A stretch of DNA of 64,000 nucleotides. Origin: Candidatus Scybalocola faecigallinarum. GTDB lineage: Bacteria; Bacillota; Clostridia; Lachnospirales; Lachnospiraceae. Location: contig DVIT01000015.1 in assembly GCA_018711005.1 (NCBI GenBank), forward strand, positions 1,801-65,800, given 5' to 3'. The position numbers were made by a program, and so were the translations under genes. The notes beneath the pieces were generated by a model. That model had not been told where the DNA came from and did not search any database. It saw only the letters and a program-made list of their open reading frames with translations. Below, piece after piece: positions 16,354 through 25,962 of the stretch (within the stretch, counting starts at the first letter, position 1; every line of letters starts with the position of its first letter).

Positions 16354-17469
16354 CTACCGTCTCTGCCGATCAAGCATCTGACGCACATTTTTTGCGGCCG
16401 TAACAACCGAGAAAATACTCATCATTAATGCTAAAACAAGACCTATACCTACAGCCTGCATCACACACATAAAGCTGTACTGAACCTGGGTCACAAATAT
16501 CTTTTCCAGGGGTAAGGATAGGAGTATACGATCAACGGCCAGGGCCGCCGCAACAATGACAATATTTTGTATTAAGGCCTGAGCAAAAAGCATACTTCCT
16601 TTTGCCCCGACAGCTTTATGGATTCCTACGATCTTTTGTTCTTCAAGGCTCCTTCCTAATGTAATGGCAAAAAGGCTAAAAAATGCAAACAAACATACGC
16701 ATCCCCCGGTTAAAAGCATTTTTACATTTTGCTGGGCATAAATTTCCTCCGCGATACGGTCTTCCTCTGCCAAAGTCGTTACTGTAAAAATATGAATATA
16801 CGGGTTCTCCTTGGATTTTGCTACAAGGCCTTCCCCATGCTCCAGCTCCTTAATAGGGATAATAAACCGGTGCTGAATCTCCCGGACGCCGGAAACATAG
16901 GACATGGCTGGATACGGCACCAGGACGCCGCCAAAAAGTTTTGACGACCGGCCTTCAATAATCCCTACAACCTGATAGCTGTTCCCCATAAATTCTACGG
17001 TATCTCCAATCCGGGTGCCCTGAATATACATTTCACTGGTGGATTTTAAAATACATACAGGCATTGCGTCCTGCTCATAATCTTTTTGCTCAAAAAGGCG
17101 GCCTTCTTTTAAATAAACAGGGACTCTGCCTAATATTCCTAAACTTACGCCTCCAACAGAATCTACGCCGTCCCCATGTTCCCAGCCCATTGTTGTCTCA
17201 TAAATACATTCATAGTCTTTTAAAGGGGTTCCTATAAAATCCTCCACATCATTATAGAAACTCCCTTCCATGACTTTAAGACTTCCATTGACCAGCCAGG
17301 ACTCATCCGCAGATTCATACCGGTTCATTGCATCCATAGCCGCTGATGTATGGATGTATCCCAGGATGTAAAACGGACAGATCAGCCCGGCGGCTATGGA
17401 CAGAATGAATATGAGGCTTATCTTTTTGTTGTATAACAGCCGTTTTAAGGCACACTGAATCACAAACAT
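16354..17469 (-). CDS. MacB/FtsX-like ABC permease, short type B (copy B1)
   Basis: EGRLFEQKDY, YQVVGII, GIHKAVGA. Confidence 0.88.
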   Translation of the reverse strand: MFVIQCALKRLLYNKKISLIFILSIAAGLICPFYILGYIHTSAAMDAMNRYESADESWLVNGSLKVMEGSFYNDVEDFIGTPLKDYECIYETTMGWEHGDGVDSVGGVSLGILGRVPVYLKEGRLFEQKDYEQDAMPVCILKSTSEMYIQGTRIGDTVEFMGNSYQVVGIIEGRSSKLFGGVLVPYPAMSYVSGVREIQHRFIIPIKELEHGEGLVAKSKENPYIHIFTVTTLAEEDRIAEEIYAQQNVKMLLTGGCVCLFAFFSLFAITLGRSLEEQKIVGIHKAVGAKGSMLFAQALIQNIVIVAAALAVDRILLSLPLEKIFVTQVQYSFMCVMQAVGIGLVLALMMSIFSVVTAAKNVRQMLDRQRR

Positions 17470-17527
17470 AAGAGCCTCCCCCCAATCAAAATTATGTAAT
17501 TCCCCATCCGTTTTTTATTACAATCTA

Positions 17528-17588
17528 ATTATACTATATCTAGGCTTTTGTGCCCGTCCTGTCCGTTAAATCGACTTTTATGTACATT
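17528..17588 (-). promoter_or_regulatory. Putative LytTR-activated promoter of the permease array
   Basis: TATAAT at 17528-17533 with no recognisable -35; AATGTACA/AACGGACA repeats with 21-bp period upstream. Confidence 0.45.
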
Positions 17589-17610
17589 TCCCGAAAAGGC
17601 CAGGTTCTGC

Positions 17611-17767
17611 CCGCGCAAGCGCGGCTTGGGCTCATTAAGTGGTCCTGACGGGTAACATCCCTCCACTAGGTTCGGTCCGCGCCTGCGGCTTGACCTCTCC
17701 AAGGGTCGGGATGTGCGTTCCCACTAAATTCCCCCGGCGCCTTACGGCTTGGGCTCATTAAGTGGTC
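17611..17767. repeat. Palindromic element bracketed by a 23-bp direct repeat
   Basis: CGGCTTGGGCTCATTAAGTGGTC at 17622-17644 and 17745-17767. The interior folds as GGGTAACATCCC...GGGATGTGCGTTCCC, and a hairpin CCGCGC-AA-GCGCGG lies at 17611-17624. Confidence 0.75.
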
Positions 17768-17772
17768 ACAGC

Positions 17773-17816
17773 AAAAAGGCAGCCCCATGAGAAAATTTAT
17801 TTCTCATGGGGCTGCC
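17773..17816 (-). terminator. Rho-independent terminator of the alpha operon (after rplQ)
   Basis: 17-bp stem GGCAGCCCCATGAGAAA/TTTCTCATGGGGCTGCC, 5-nt loop, T5 tail on the minus strand. Confidence 0.9.
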
Positions 17817-17872
17817 CTTATCTTTCGTTCAGCCAAGCGTGCCTGTTTACAGGCCGCCTGGCGTTTTTCTTA

Positions 17873-18409
17873 TTAAACTAACTCAATAAGAACTTCCATC
17901 GCTGCATCGCCTTTACGCTGGCCGATCTTTACGATACGTGTGTAGCCACCGTTGCGGTCTGCATACTTAGGAGCAAGTTCATCGAATAATTTCTTTGTCA
18001 GGTCAACAGACTTTGTGTTTGCTTTCTTCTTAGCGGCTTCCTTTGGAACTTCGGTTACCGGATAAAGAACTTTAAGCATCTGTCTTCTGGCATGAAGTCT
18101 GGAAGCGCTGTCCTTCTGGATCTTCTTCTCTACAGTATCAAATACTGTAACTTTCTTACCGTCAACAACTTCTTTGACTCTCTTGCCGTCTTTATCTTTA
18201 CGAGCGACCTTTGCCTGTACAGTTACTGTTTCAAAATTATCTTTTTCCTTCACAGCAAGGGCAATAAGGCCTTCTGTAATTCTTCTGATTTCTTTTGCTT
18301 TCGCTTCAGTTGTGCGAATCTTGCCATTATATAAAAGGCTTGTCACCTGACTTCTAAGCAAAGCTTTTCTCTGGTTGGAAGTTCTTCCAAGTTTTCTATA
18401 GCCTGCCAT
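17873..18409 (-). CDS. rplQ: 50S ribosomal protein L17 (long form with internal insertion)
   Basis: [45 protein letters not shown]. Confidence 0.97.
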   Translation of the reverse strand: MAGYRKLGRTSNQRKALLRSQVTSLLYNGKIRTTEAKAKEIRRITEGLIALAVKEKDNFETVTVQAKVARKDKDGKRVKEVVDGKKVTVFDTVEKKIQKDSASRLHARRQMLKVLYPVTEVPKEAAKKKANTKSVDLTKKLFDELAPKYADRNGGYTRIVKIGQRKGDAAMEVLIELV

Positions 18410-18433
18410 GGTGTATCCTCCTTCTTACTTATA

Positions 18434-19390
18434 TCACTCGTCGCTTGGATGTAACTGGAGACCCAGCTCTTTTAACTTCGCCAGGACTTCCTCCAAGGAC
18501 TTACGTCCAAGGTTTCTGACTTTCATCATATCTTCAGCAGTTCTGTTGGTCAATTCTTCAACCGTATTGATACCTGCTCTCTTGAGACAGTTATAGGAAC
18601 GAACAGATAATTCCAGTTCATCAATATTCATCTCAAGAACTTTTTCCTTTTCATTGTCTTCCTTTTCTACCATAACTTCTGCAGTCTTGGCATTTTCGGA
18701 AAGGTCAATGAACAAATTCAAATGTTCGCTTAACACCTTTGCAGCCAGGCTGACGGCTTCATCCGGTGCCAATGTACCATTTGTGTAAACGTCTAATGTC
18801 AGCTTATCAAAATCAGTGATTTGACCCACACGAGTATTTTGCACTGTAAGATTTACTCTTTCTACTGGAGTATAGATGGAATCTACCGGAATCACACCGA
18901 TAGGCAAATCTTCTTTTTTGTTCTTATCTGAGCTTACATAGCCCCGGCCCTTTGTAATGGTCAGTTCCATGTAAAGTCTGCTGTCTGTTCCGCTTAAGGT
19001 GGCAATCACCTGATCCGGATTGAGGATCTCAATATCCGGGTCTGTCTGAATGTCTGCCGCCGTTACAACACCTTCGCCTTCAAACTCAATATAAGCTACC
19101 TTTGGCTCTGATGTTTCGCTTGTATTCTTAATTGCCAGGCTCTTAATGTTCATAATGATCTCAGTAACATCTTCCTTTACGCCGGGAATAGAACTGAACT
19201 CATGAACTACGCCGTCAATTTTTACGTGGCTGACTGCCGCACCCGGTAAGGAAGAAAGCATGATCCTTCTCAAAGAATTACCAAGTGTTATTCCGTAGCC
19301 TCTTTCCAGAGGCTCTACAACAAAGCGTCCGTATCTATTATCATCTGAAAGCTGTGCAATCTCGATTTTCGGTTTTTCAAAGTCAAACAC
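18434..19390 (-). CDS. rpoA: RNA polymerase alpha subunit
   Basis: [17 protein letters not shown]; alpha-[18 protein letters not shown]. Confidence 0.98.
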   Translation of the reverse strand: MFDFEKPKIEIAQLSDDNRYGRFVVEPLERGYGITLGNSLRRIMLSSLPGAAVSHVKIDGVVHEFSSIPGVKEDVTEIIMNIKSLAIKNTSETSEPKVAYIEFEGEGVVTAADIQTDPDIEILNPDQVIATLSGTDSRLYMELTITKGRGYVSSDKNKKEDLPIGVIPVDSIYTPVERVNLTVQNTRVGQITDFDKLTLDVYTNGTLAPDEAVSLAAKVLSEHLNLFIDLSENAKTAEVMVEKEDNEKEKVLEMNIDELELSVRSYNCLKRAGINTVEELTNRTAEDMMKVRNLGRKSLEEVLAKLKELGLQLHPSDE

Positions 19391-19444
19391 TCTAGGGCCC
19401 TCCTTCTTTGGGTTAATTGTTGATTGAGGGTATTATATATAACT

Positions 19445-19660
19445 TCGGCTGTCGGCTTGCAGTGCCGCTGCATCAGGCTCCGGCCTGGCACCATACGGGC
19501 TTCGCTTGTCCTACAGGACTTGCGCAGTGCCCAGCTGTAAGTCCTGGCGGACTTACAGCTCGCGGGCTTCGCCCTATGCATCCAAAGATAAATCACCTTA
19601 TGTGAGCAAGCTCCCAACGGTGCTTTATCTTCGTCTGCGCACTGCTCATGCCTTACGCGC
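19445..19660. repeat. GC-rich multi-hairpin palindromic element between rpsD and rpoA
   Basis: Perfect 12-bp stem AGCTGTAAGTCC-tggc-GGACTTACAGCT (19533-19560); stem AAGATAAATCACC...GGTGCTTTATCTT; GGGCTTCGC twice. Confidence 0.6.
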
Positions 19661-19663
19661 ACC

Positions 19664-20257
19664 TTATTTAGAATACAACTCAACGATAAGCATTTCGTTT
19701 ACTGGAACATCAATCTGCTCTCTTGTAGGCAGTTCTTTTACTGTACCGGAAAGAGCTTCCTGATTTGCTTCAAGCCATTCGGGAACGAGTCTTGCGCCTG
19801 CAACTTCCAGAATGTCTTTGTATCTCTGAGATGTTTTATATTTCTCACGGATTTCAACCACATCTCCGGCTTTTACTAAGTAAGAAGGAATATTTACTGT
19901 CTTGCCGTTGACGCTTACATGCTTATGACCAACGATCTGTCTTGCCTCTTTACGAGTTCTTGCAAAACCAAGTCTGAAGATCACGTTGTCCAGTCTTCTT
20001 TCAAGCATGATCATCAGGTTTTCACCGGACTGACCTTTCATACGGCTTGCTTTTTCATAGTAATTTCTGAATGGCTTCTCTAAAACGCCATAGATAAATT
20101 TAGCTTTCTGCTTTTCCTGAAGCTGCTGGCCATACTCGCTCTTTTTGCGTGTACCGCGGATCAGCTGTCTATTGGATTTTTTATCAACACCCAGGTAGAT
20201 CGGATCAAGTCCAAGACTTCTGCATCTTTTTAAAACCGGGACCATATCTCTTGCCAT
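19664..20257 (-). CDS. rpsD: 30S ribosomal protein S4
   Basis: [36 protein letters not shown]. Confidence 0.97.
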   Translation of the reverse strand: MARDMVPVLKRCRSLGLDPIYLGVDKKSNRQLIRGTRKKSEYGQQLQEKQKAKFIYGVLEKPFRNYYEKASRMKGQSGENLMIMLERRLDNVIFRLGFARTRKEARQIVGHKHVSVNGKTVNIPSYLVKAGDVVEIREKYKTSQRYKDILEVAGARLVPEWLEANQEALSGTVKELPTREQIDVPVNEMLIVELYSK

Positions 20258-20274
20258 ATCTAACTAACCTCCTA

Positions 20275-20670
20275 TTAGACTCTTCTGCGTTTCGGTGGGC
20301 GGCATCCATTATGAGGAACCGGAGTCACATCTCTGATACTTGTAACTTCAATACCGCATGCCTGAAGAGCACGGATTGCGGCTTCACGGCCTGAACCAGG
20401 ACCTTTAACCATAACCTCTACGGATTTTAAACCATGTGGTAAAGCTGCCTTTGCAGCTGTCTCTGCAGCCATCTGTGCTGCATAAGGAGTGGACTTTCTG
20501 GAGCCACGGAATCCAAGTCCGCCGGCGCTTGCCCATGAAATAGCATTGCCTTCGGAATCTGTAAGTGTAACTATTGTATTGTTAAAAGATGACTGAATAT
20601 GTGCCTGACCGCGCTCAATGTTCTTTTTAACACGCCTCTTAGTCACTTTTTTTGTCACTTTCTTAGCCAT
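20275..20670 (-). CDS. rpsK: 30S ribosomal protein S11
   Basis: [31 protein letters not shown]. Confidence 0.98.
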   Translation of the reverse strand: MAKKVTKKVTKRRVKKNIERGQAHIQSSFNNTIVTLTDSEGNAISWASAGGLGFRGSRKSTPYAAQMAAETAAKAALPHGLKSVEVMVKGPGSGREAAIRALQACGIEVTSIRDVTPVPHNGCRPPKRRRV

Positions 20671-20699
20671 TGACGAAAACCTCCTGTCAGGATATTAAA

Positions 20700-21068
20700 T
20701 TACTTCTTCTTATTTGCAACTGTTCTCTTAGGACCTTTTCTTGTTCTGGCGTTTGTCTTTGTTTTCTGACCACGAACAGGAAGACCTTTTCTGTGTCTGA
20801 TACCTCTATAACAGCCGATTTCCTGCAGTCTCTTAATATTCATTGCGATTTCACGACGTAAATCACCTTCAACTACCTGAGACGCATCAATAATATCACG
20901 GATTCTGGCCACTTCTTCGTCAGTTAAATCTCTGACACGTGTATCCGGGTTAACATTCGCTTCCTTAAGGATACGATTTGAGCTTACTCTACCGATACCA
21001 TAAATGTAAGTAAGTCCGATTTCAACACGCTTTTCTCTTGGTAAATCTACACCACTGATACGAGCCAT
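20700..21068 (-). CDS. rpsM: 30S ribosomal protein S13
   Basis: [32 protein letters not shown]. Confidence 0.98.
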   Translation of the reverse strand: MARISGVDLPREKRVEIGLTYIYGIGRVSSNRILKEANVNPDTRVRDLTDEEVARIRDIIDASQVVEGDLRREIAMNIKRLQEIGCYRGIRHRKGLPVRGQKTKTNARTRKGPKRTVANKKK

Positions 21069-21462
21069 GTAATTACACCTCCACTGGTTATTCCATATGA
21101 GTTTCTTCTATATAACATGTGCGTCTGGCACACGGTGAAATGCTTATACAGATCTTCTCATATTTTGATTATTTCGTTTCATAATAAAATCAAGAAGCTA
21201 TAATTGGGTATGTACAATTATAGCAAAGGCATGAAATCCATGCCATGTCTGCCTTTATCTTTAGACATGCAGACAAGTCCCGTAAATTTGACGGGATTTA
21301 CGGAACCTTCGCGACGTACGCCAATATTGCGCATAAAGGCGCACAATACACGTATATAATAAAGTGATACAACACACCCTGGTGTTTCTCACTGCAGCCG
21401 CATAAAAAATTTTAATGACGTTGTCATTAAAAGGGTAACAATACAAAAGCCAAGCCTGAAGA
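21069..21462 (-). ncRNA. Highly structured rpmJ-rpsM intergenic region / candidate ribosomal-protein leader
   Basis: About 390 nt with a chain of hairpins, e.g. GCTATAATTG/CAATTATAGC, GGCATG/CATGCC, TCCCGT/ACGGGA, TTTTAATGAC/GTCATTAAAA. Confidence 0.45.
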
Positions 21463-21576
21463 TCAGCCTTGTCTTTGTTTGTGTTTAGGATTTTCGCAGA
21501 TAATACGAATACTGCCTTTTCTTTTGATCACTTTGCACTTTTCGCAAATAGGCTTTACGGATGATCTAACCTTCAC
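21463..21576 (-). CDS. rpmJ: 50S ribosomal protein L36 (Zn-binding C+ form), 37 aa
   Basis: Hand translation from the GTG start: [37 protein letters not shown]; AAGGAG SD; not in the ORF track. Confidence 0.97.
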   Translation of the reverse strand: MKVRSSVKPICEKCKVIKRKGSIRIICENPKHKQRQG

Positions 21577-21609
21577 AACAAATCTCTCCTTTCAAAACGT
21601 CCGCTCCAT

Positions 21610-21639
21610 ATTATAGCACCGTGATTTGGCATATGTCAA
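21610..21639 (-). promoter_or_regulatory. Internal sigma-A promoter for rpmJ-rpsM-rpsK-rpsD-rpoA-rplQ
   Basis: TTGACA-18 nt-TATAAT with extended TG. Confidence 0.8.
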
Positions 21640-21647
21640 GCGAAAAT

Positions 21648-21866
21648 TTATTTATCTCTCCAAATAATTCTTCCTTTTGTCAGATCGTAGGGAGACAATT
21701 CAATGGTTACTTTATCACCAGGTAAAATCTTAATAAAATTCATACGCAGCTTTCCGCTGATGTGAGACAGGACCTTATGTCCATTCTCCAGTTCCACCTG
21801 AAACATTGCGTTGGGAAGCTTCTCCACAACAACACCTTCAACTTCAATAACATCCGCTTTCGACAT
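21648..21866 (-). CDS. infA: Translation initiation factor IF-1
   Basis: [25 protein letters not shown]. Confidence 0.98.
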   Translation of the reverse strand: MSKADVIEVEGVVVEKLPNAMFQVELENGHKVLSHISGKLRMNFIKILPGDKVTIELSPYDLTKGRIIWRDK

Positions 21867-21868
21867 TC

Positions 21869-22150
21869 TTATTCCTCCTGATTTTCAAACTTGGACAAAT
21901 ATGTTTTTATGGCTTTTTTGATCATAGGGTCAGTCAGAGACTCCGATGATGTACATGCGGCAAGATCAGCCGCAAATACATTGATGGTCTGAACATGCCG
22001 GACATTCTTTTTCTTAGGCTTTTCACTGAACCTGACCTGCCCGTCAGCCAGACAGAGCCATTTCTCCCCAACCCCGACAACAACAAATACTTTCCCCTTG
22101 TCATGCCCGGCTTTTGACCGGACAAGCTGACCGATTACTGCTGACATCAT
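21869..22150 (-). CDS. KOW-domain RNA-binding protein (L14e-like) typical of the Clostridial map-infA interval
   Basis: [13 protein letters not shown]...ADG...KPKKKNVRH. Confidence 0.85.
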   Translation of the reverse strand: MMSAVIGQLVRSKAGHDKGKVFVVVGVGEKWLCLADGQVRFSEKPKKKNVRHVQTINVFAADLAACTSSESLTDPMIKKAIKTYLSKFENQEE

Positions 22151-22917
22151 TACTGTTCTTCCTCCGGCAATAAAGTCAAAATCTCACAGCCTTCTTTTGT
22201 GACAAGGATCGTATTCTCATAATGCGCTGAAAGGGAACCATCTTCGGTAACAACGGTCCAGTCATCATCAAGCCACTCCACATCATATCTTCCGGCATTG
22301 ACCATAGGTTCAATGGCCAGTGTCATCCCCGCCTGCAGCCGTATACCTCTGCCGCGCTGTCTGAAATTAGGGATCTGTGGGTCTTCGTGAAGATGTGTTC
22401 CTATGCCATGGCCTACCAGGTCCCGTACGACACTGTAGCCATGGGCCTCCACGTAATCCTGAATCGCAGCGGAAATCTCATATAAATGATTTCCTTCTTT
22501 TGCCAATTTTATACCTTCAAAAAAACTTTGTCTGGTCACATTCATCAAGCGCTGTGCATCGGCAGATACCGTACCTATACCCCAGGTACGGGCAGCATCG
22601 GAATGCATCCCCTGATAAATAAGACCGCAGTCCAGGCTGACAATATCACCTTCCCGGATCAGATGTTTTTTAGAAGGGATCCCGTGAACGACTTCATCAT
22701 TAACCGATACACAGATGGATGCCGGGTATCCGTTATAATTTTTAAAATTAGGAATACAGCCGAAATCACGGATCATGGTTTCACCCAGCCGGTCAATATC
22801 CCAGGTTGACATTCCCGGCTTAAGGGCGCTGTGCAGTTCTTTGTGTACGAGGGCCAGCAATCTGCCGGCCTCCCGCATCAGTTCAATCTGCCTTGGTGAC
22901 TTTATACTCACTGACAT
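22150..22917 (-). CDS. map: Methionine aminopeptidase type I
   Basis: NDEVVHGIP, DCG...DAART, GHGIG..LHEDP, AIEPM, AHYENT. Confidence 0.97.
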   Translation of the reverse strand: MSVSIKSPRQIELMREAGRLLALVHKELHSALKPGMSTWDIDRLGETMIRDFGCIPNFKNYNGYPASICVSVNDEVVHGIPSKKHLIREGDIVSLDCGLIYQGMHSDAARTWGIGTVSADAQRLMNVTRQSFFEGIKLAKEGNHLYEISAAIQDYVEAHGYSVVRDLVGHGIGTHLHEDPQIPNFRQRGRGIRLQAGMTLAIEPMVNAGRYDVEWLDDDWTVVTEDGSLSAHYENTILVTKEGCEILTLLPEEEQ

Positions 22918-22918
22918 A

Positions 22919-23566
22919 TCAGCAAACTCCTATCACTTTGCAAATATCAGTAAATACATCGTCCATGTTCTTTGTGCCATCCACTTCTACAAGAATGCCT
23001 TCATTCTTATAGTAGTCGATGAGCGGCTGTGTCTGTTCATGGTACACATCCAGACGGTTTTTAACGGTTTCCGGTTTATCATCATCACGAAGAATGAGGG
23101 CTTCACCGCACGCATCGCAGATGCCTTCAACCTTGGTAGGATTATAAACCACATGGTATGTTGCTCCGCATCCAACACATGCACGGCGGCCGGACATTCT
23201 CTGAATAATATTTTCGTCAGGAACTTCAATATTAATCGCATAGTCCATCTTCTGGCCGATGGCATTCAGGGCATTGGTCAAAGCTTCAGCCTGAGGGATT
23301 GTTCTTGGGAAGCCGTCTAAAATATACCCTTTTTCACAGTCGGATTGTTGAATTCTATCAACAACGAGATCGCAGACCAATTCATCCGGTACTAAAAGAC
23401 CTTTATCCATGTACTCTTTGGCTTTAGCGCCAAGCTCTGTACCGTTCTTGATATTTGCTCTGAAAATATCTCCGGTTGATATATGAGGAACATTGCATAC
23501 TTCTGCAATTTTCTTTGCCTGTGTGCCTTTTCCGGCACCAGGAGCACCCAGCATAATTATTTTCAT
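22919..23566 (-). CDS. adk: Adenylate kinase
   Basis: [21 protein letters not shown], Zn-lid CxxC...CxxC. True start MKIIML at 23566. Confidence 0.97.
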   Translation of the reverse strand: MKIIMLGAPGAGKGTQAKKIAEVCNVPHISTGDIFRANIKNGTELGAKAKEYMDKGLLVPDELVCDLVVDRIQQSDCEKGYILDGFPRTIPQAEALTNALNAIGQKMDYAINIEVPDENIIQRMSGRRACVGCGATYHVVYNPTKVEGICDACGEALILRDDDKPETVKNRLDVYHEQTQPLIDYYKNEGILVEVDGTKNMDDVFTDICKVIGVC

Positions 23567-23703
23567 AATAATTATCCTCCATTCATATGTCCAACAATTT
23601 CCTCCCCAGCGATCCTGTAAGCACTGGGGCAAACTGCCTGCTTTACGCAGGAACTACGTGTTTCTGTCATACCTTTATCTTATAGGGATCAAGGCACTGC
23701 TTT

Positions 23704-23734
23704 AAGTATAATACAAAAAGTTTTTTTAAACAAT
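23704..23734 (-). promoter_or_regulatory. Promoter upstream of adk
   Basis: TTGTTT-17 nt-TATACT, followed by a leader of about 135 nt with hairpins CCTGC/GCAGG and CCCCAG/CTGGGG. Confidence 0.55.
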
Positions 23735-23764
23735 ACCTAAATTAAAAAGAATCCGGTAAAAAAT

Positions 23765-23812
23765 AACAGTTCAGCCAGTCCGGGCATTTGGCCCACGTAC
23801 CTGGCTGAACTG
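23765..23812 (-). terminator. Hairpin downstream of the inserted lipoprotein gene
   Basis: 12-bp arms CAGTTCAGCCAG/CTGGCTGAACTG; TTATTTT follows on the minus strand. Confidence 0.6.
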
Positions 23813-23878
23813 CTGTCTTTCTTTTACAGCCGGTATAAATACCGGCCAATATTCATCTAAATGGTTTTCTGCCTGCAA

Positions 23879-24457
23879 TTAAAAAGTAAATTCCTGAGTA
23901 ATAAGTTCGCTTCCGTCTGGTGCCAGGAACTGTACCACAACTGTTACACTATCCACAGATACAACAGACTTCACGCTGTCTGCAACATCAGCTAAAGTTG
24001 ACTCCTGAGACTGAAGATAACTTTCAAGTGTTGCACTGTCCATAGCAGATGCCGTTTCCTCATCCTGGATCGTATAAATATAGTACAGTGTATTTCCTTC
24101 ACCCTGAATATCAATAGTCAGGCCTGAAGATGCCAGACTTTCATTAAGAGTTGCGATCTGTTCCTGCATCATATCGGAAGCAATAAAATCTTCCACAGAT
24201 TCAAACAAACCAATGGATGCTGATGAATCTGATGTTTCTTCAGCAGCTGCAGTTTCTTCTGTTGTCTCTGCCATAGCAGATTCTGTTTCAGCCACAGTTT
24301 CAGGGCTCTGAGTATCCGATTCAACAGGTGCAGCGGTTTCAGATTCAGACTGTTCCCGCACACCGCTCTCAGTGGTGTTGCCGCCGCAGGCAGCTACACA
24401 CATAGCCAGGATCAACGCAACCATTAATACAGATAATTTTTTGAATAAGCTTTTCAT
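23879..24457 (-). CDS. Acidic secreted lipoprotein (resembles the DUF4854-type Clostridial lipoproteins), inserted between secY and adk
   Basis: Signal peptide MKSLFKKLSVLMVALILAMCVAA-C, Glu/Ser/Thr-rich linker, compact C-terminal domain. The family label is from memory and unverified. Confidence 0.75.
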   Translation of the reverse strand: MKSLFKKLSVLMVALILAMCVAACGGNTTESGVREQSESETAAPVESDTQSPETVAETESAMAETTEETAAAEETSDSSASIGLFESVEDFIASDMMQEQIATLNESLASSGLTIDIQGEGNTLYYIYTIQDEETASAMDSATLESYLQSQESTLADVADSVKSVVSVDSVTVVVQFLAPDGSELITQEFTF

Positions 24458-24636
24458 TTCATACTCCTCCATAAATTTGCCGTGCTTTACACACCTGATC
24501 ATACCGGGTTAAAACATTTTTCCCGGAAACTTTGTACACATTTATCATAAAAGATAAATGTAAAAAAAATGTTTCTTTCTTGTAAAAGCAGCAGCAAATT
24601 TTATAATAGCCGCCCAACTAAATGAGCGGCCAAGAA

Positions 24637-25962
24637 TCAATCATCCAGGAAACCTTTATAGTGACGCACCAGCATCATAGATTCAATCTGTTTCATTGTC
24701 TCTAAAACAACACCGACGATAATGATCAGTGATGTGCCGCCGAAAGATACGCTGGCCCCAAATACACCATTAAAGAAGATTGGGATAAAGGCAACGATCA
24801 CAAGACCGCAGGCACCGATAAAGATGATATTATTTAAGATTTTAGTCAGATAATCTACAGTTGGCTTGCCCGGGCGGATACCTGGAATAAAGCCGCCCTG
24901 CTTTTTCATATTATCAGCGATTTCCATAGGATTAAAGGTAATCGATGTATAGAAATAAGCAAAGAAGATTACCATGACAATATAGACGATCAAACCAATA
25001 CTATACCAGGGTGTTGACGGAACACACCAGTTATTGCTGTTTAAACCGTTTAAAATATGTCCCCACACGCCTCCGGGATTGGTACCGATAAAGTTCACGA
25101 TAATTCCCGGCAATGACATAATCGATGAAGCGAAAATGATCGGAATAACACCGGCAGTATTGACCTTTAAAGGAATATTTGTTGACTGGCCGCCCATCAT
25201 ACGGCGTCCAACAACCTTTTTGGAATACTGAACCGGTATACGTCTTTCACCGCCCTGGAGATAAACAACCAGGATAATCGTGAAAAGGATCACTGCAATA
25301 ATAATCACAGCTGCCAGAATGGCCGTTACAATATTGCTGGCGCCGGCAATAAACTGATCATAAAGGGTAGTGAAATCCTGAGGGATCCTGGATACGATGT
25401 TGACCAGAAGGATAATGGAAATACCATTACCTACACCCTTCTCTGTAATCTGTTCTCCCATCCACATAACAAGGGATGAACCGGCAGTCAGTGTGAACAT
25501 AACAATGATCACACCTAAAGCATTATTGTGTGTCAGATAATTGGATCTGGCAAAAGTGATACCCATGGCAAGGCCTTCGATGACTGCCAGGGCAATAGTA
25601 ACATAACGGGTAACTTCACGGATTTTTTTCCTTCCATCTTCTCCGTCACGCTGCATTTCTTCCAGTTTTGGAATCGCAATGGTCAAAAGCTGCATGATAA
25701 TGGAGGATGTGATGTAAGGGGTAATACTCAATGCGAAAACCGACATCTGCGTAAATGATCCGCCGGTCATGGCATTAAAAAAATCCAGAGCACCACCTGT
25801 GTTTGCAGTTTGATTTGCAAACCAGGCGGCGAATACCTCCGTGTTTACTCCCGGTGTAGGGATTGCTGCTCCAAGTCTGACAACGATGAGCATTACAAAG
25901 GTAAATAAAATACGAGAACGCACATCTTTAATTTTAAACGCATTTTTAAGCGTTGTCAGCAT
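24637..25962 (-). CDS. secY: Preprotein translocase subunit SecY
   Basis: SVFALSITPYITSSIIMQLL, GNGISIIL, GGFIPGIRPG, FGGTSLIIIVGV. Confidence 0.98.
   Translation of the reverse strand: MLTTLKNAFKIKDVRSRILFTFVMLIVVRLGAAIPTPGVNTEVFAAWFANQTANTGGALDFFNAMTGGSFTQMSVFALSITPYITSSIIMQLLTIAIPKLEEMQRDGEDGRKKIREVTRYVTIALAVIEGLAMGITFARSNYLTHNNALGVIIVMFTLTAGSSLVMWMGEQITEKGVGNGISIILLVNIVSRIPQDFTTLYDQFIAGASNIVTAILAAVIIIAVILFTIILVVYLQGGERRIPVQYSKKVVGRRMMGGQSTNIPLKVNTAGVIPIIFASSIMSLPGIIVNFIGTNPGGVWGHILNGLNSNNWCVPSTPWYSIGLIVYIVMVIFFAYFYTSITFNPMEIADNMKKQGGFIPGIRPGKPTVDYLTKILNNIIFIGACGLVIVAFIPIFFNGVFGASVSFGGTSLIIIVGVVLETMKQIESMMLVRHYKGFLDD

Noticed and set aside
1-17469. agrB/agrD thiolactone system, LanT/C39 transporter, LanP protease or LanFEG immunity genes
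   Set aside because: No ORF with those motifs in the window. The permeases are MacB/FtsX-type. Such genes could lie left of base 1, so absence is only established for this window.
17611-17767. Direct repeats as a minimal CRISPR (repeat-spacer-repeat)
   Set aside because: Only two 23-bp copies, the 100-bp spacer is itself palindromic, and there are no cas genes.
19315-19763. Short ORFs across the rpsD-rpoA gap (19315-19683, 19417-19605, 19506-19763)
   Set aside because: They overlap real genes or lack an SD, and the GC-rich palindromic sequence explains the chance open frames.
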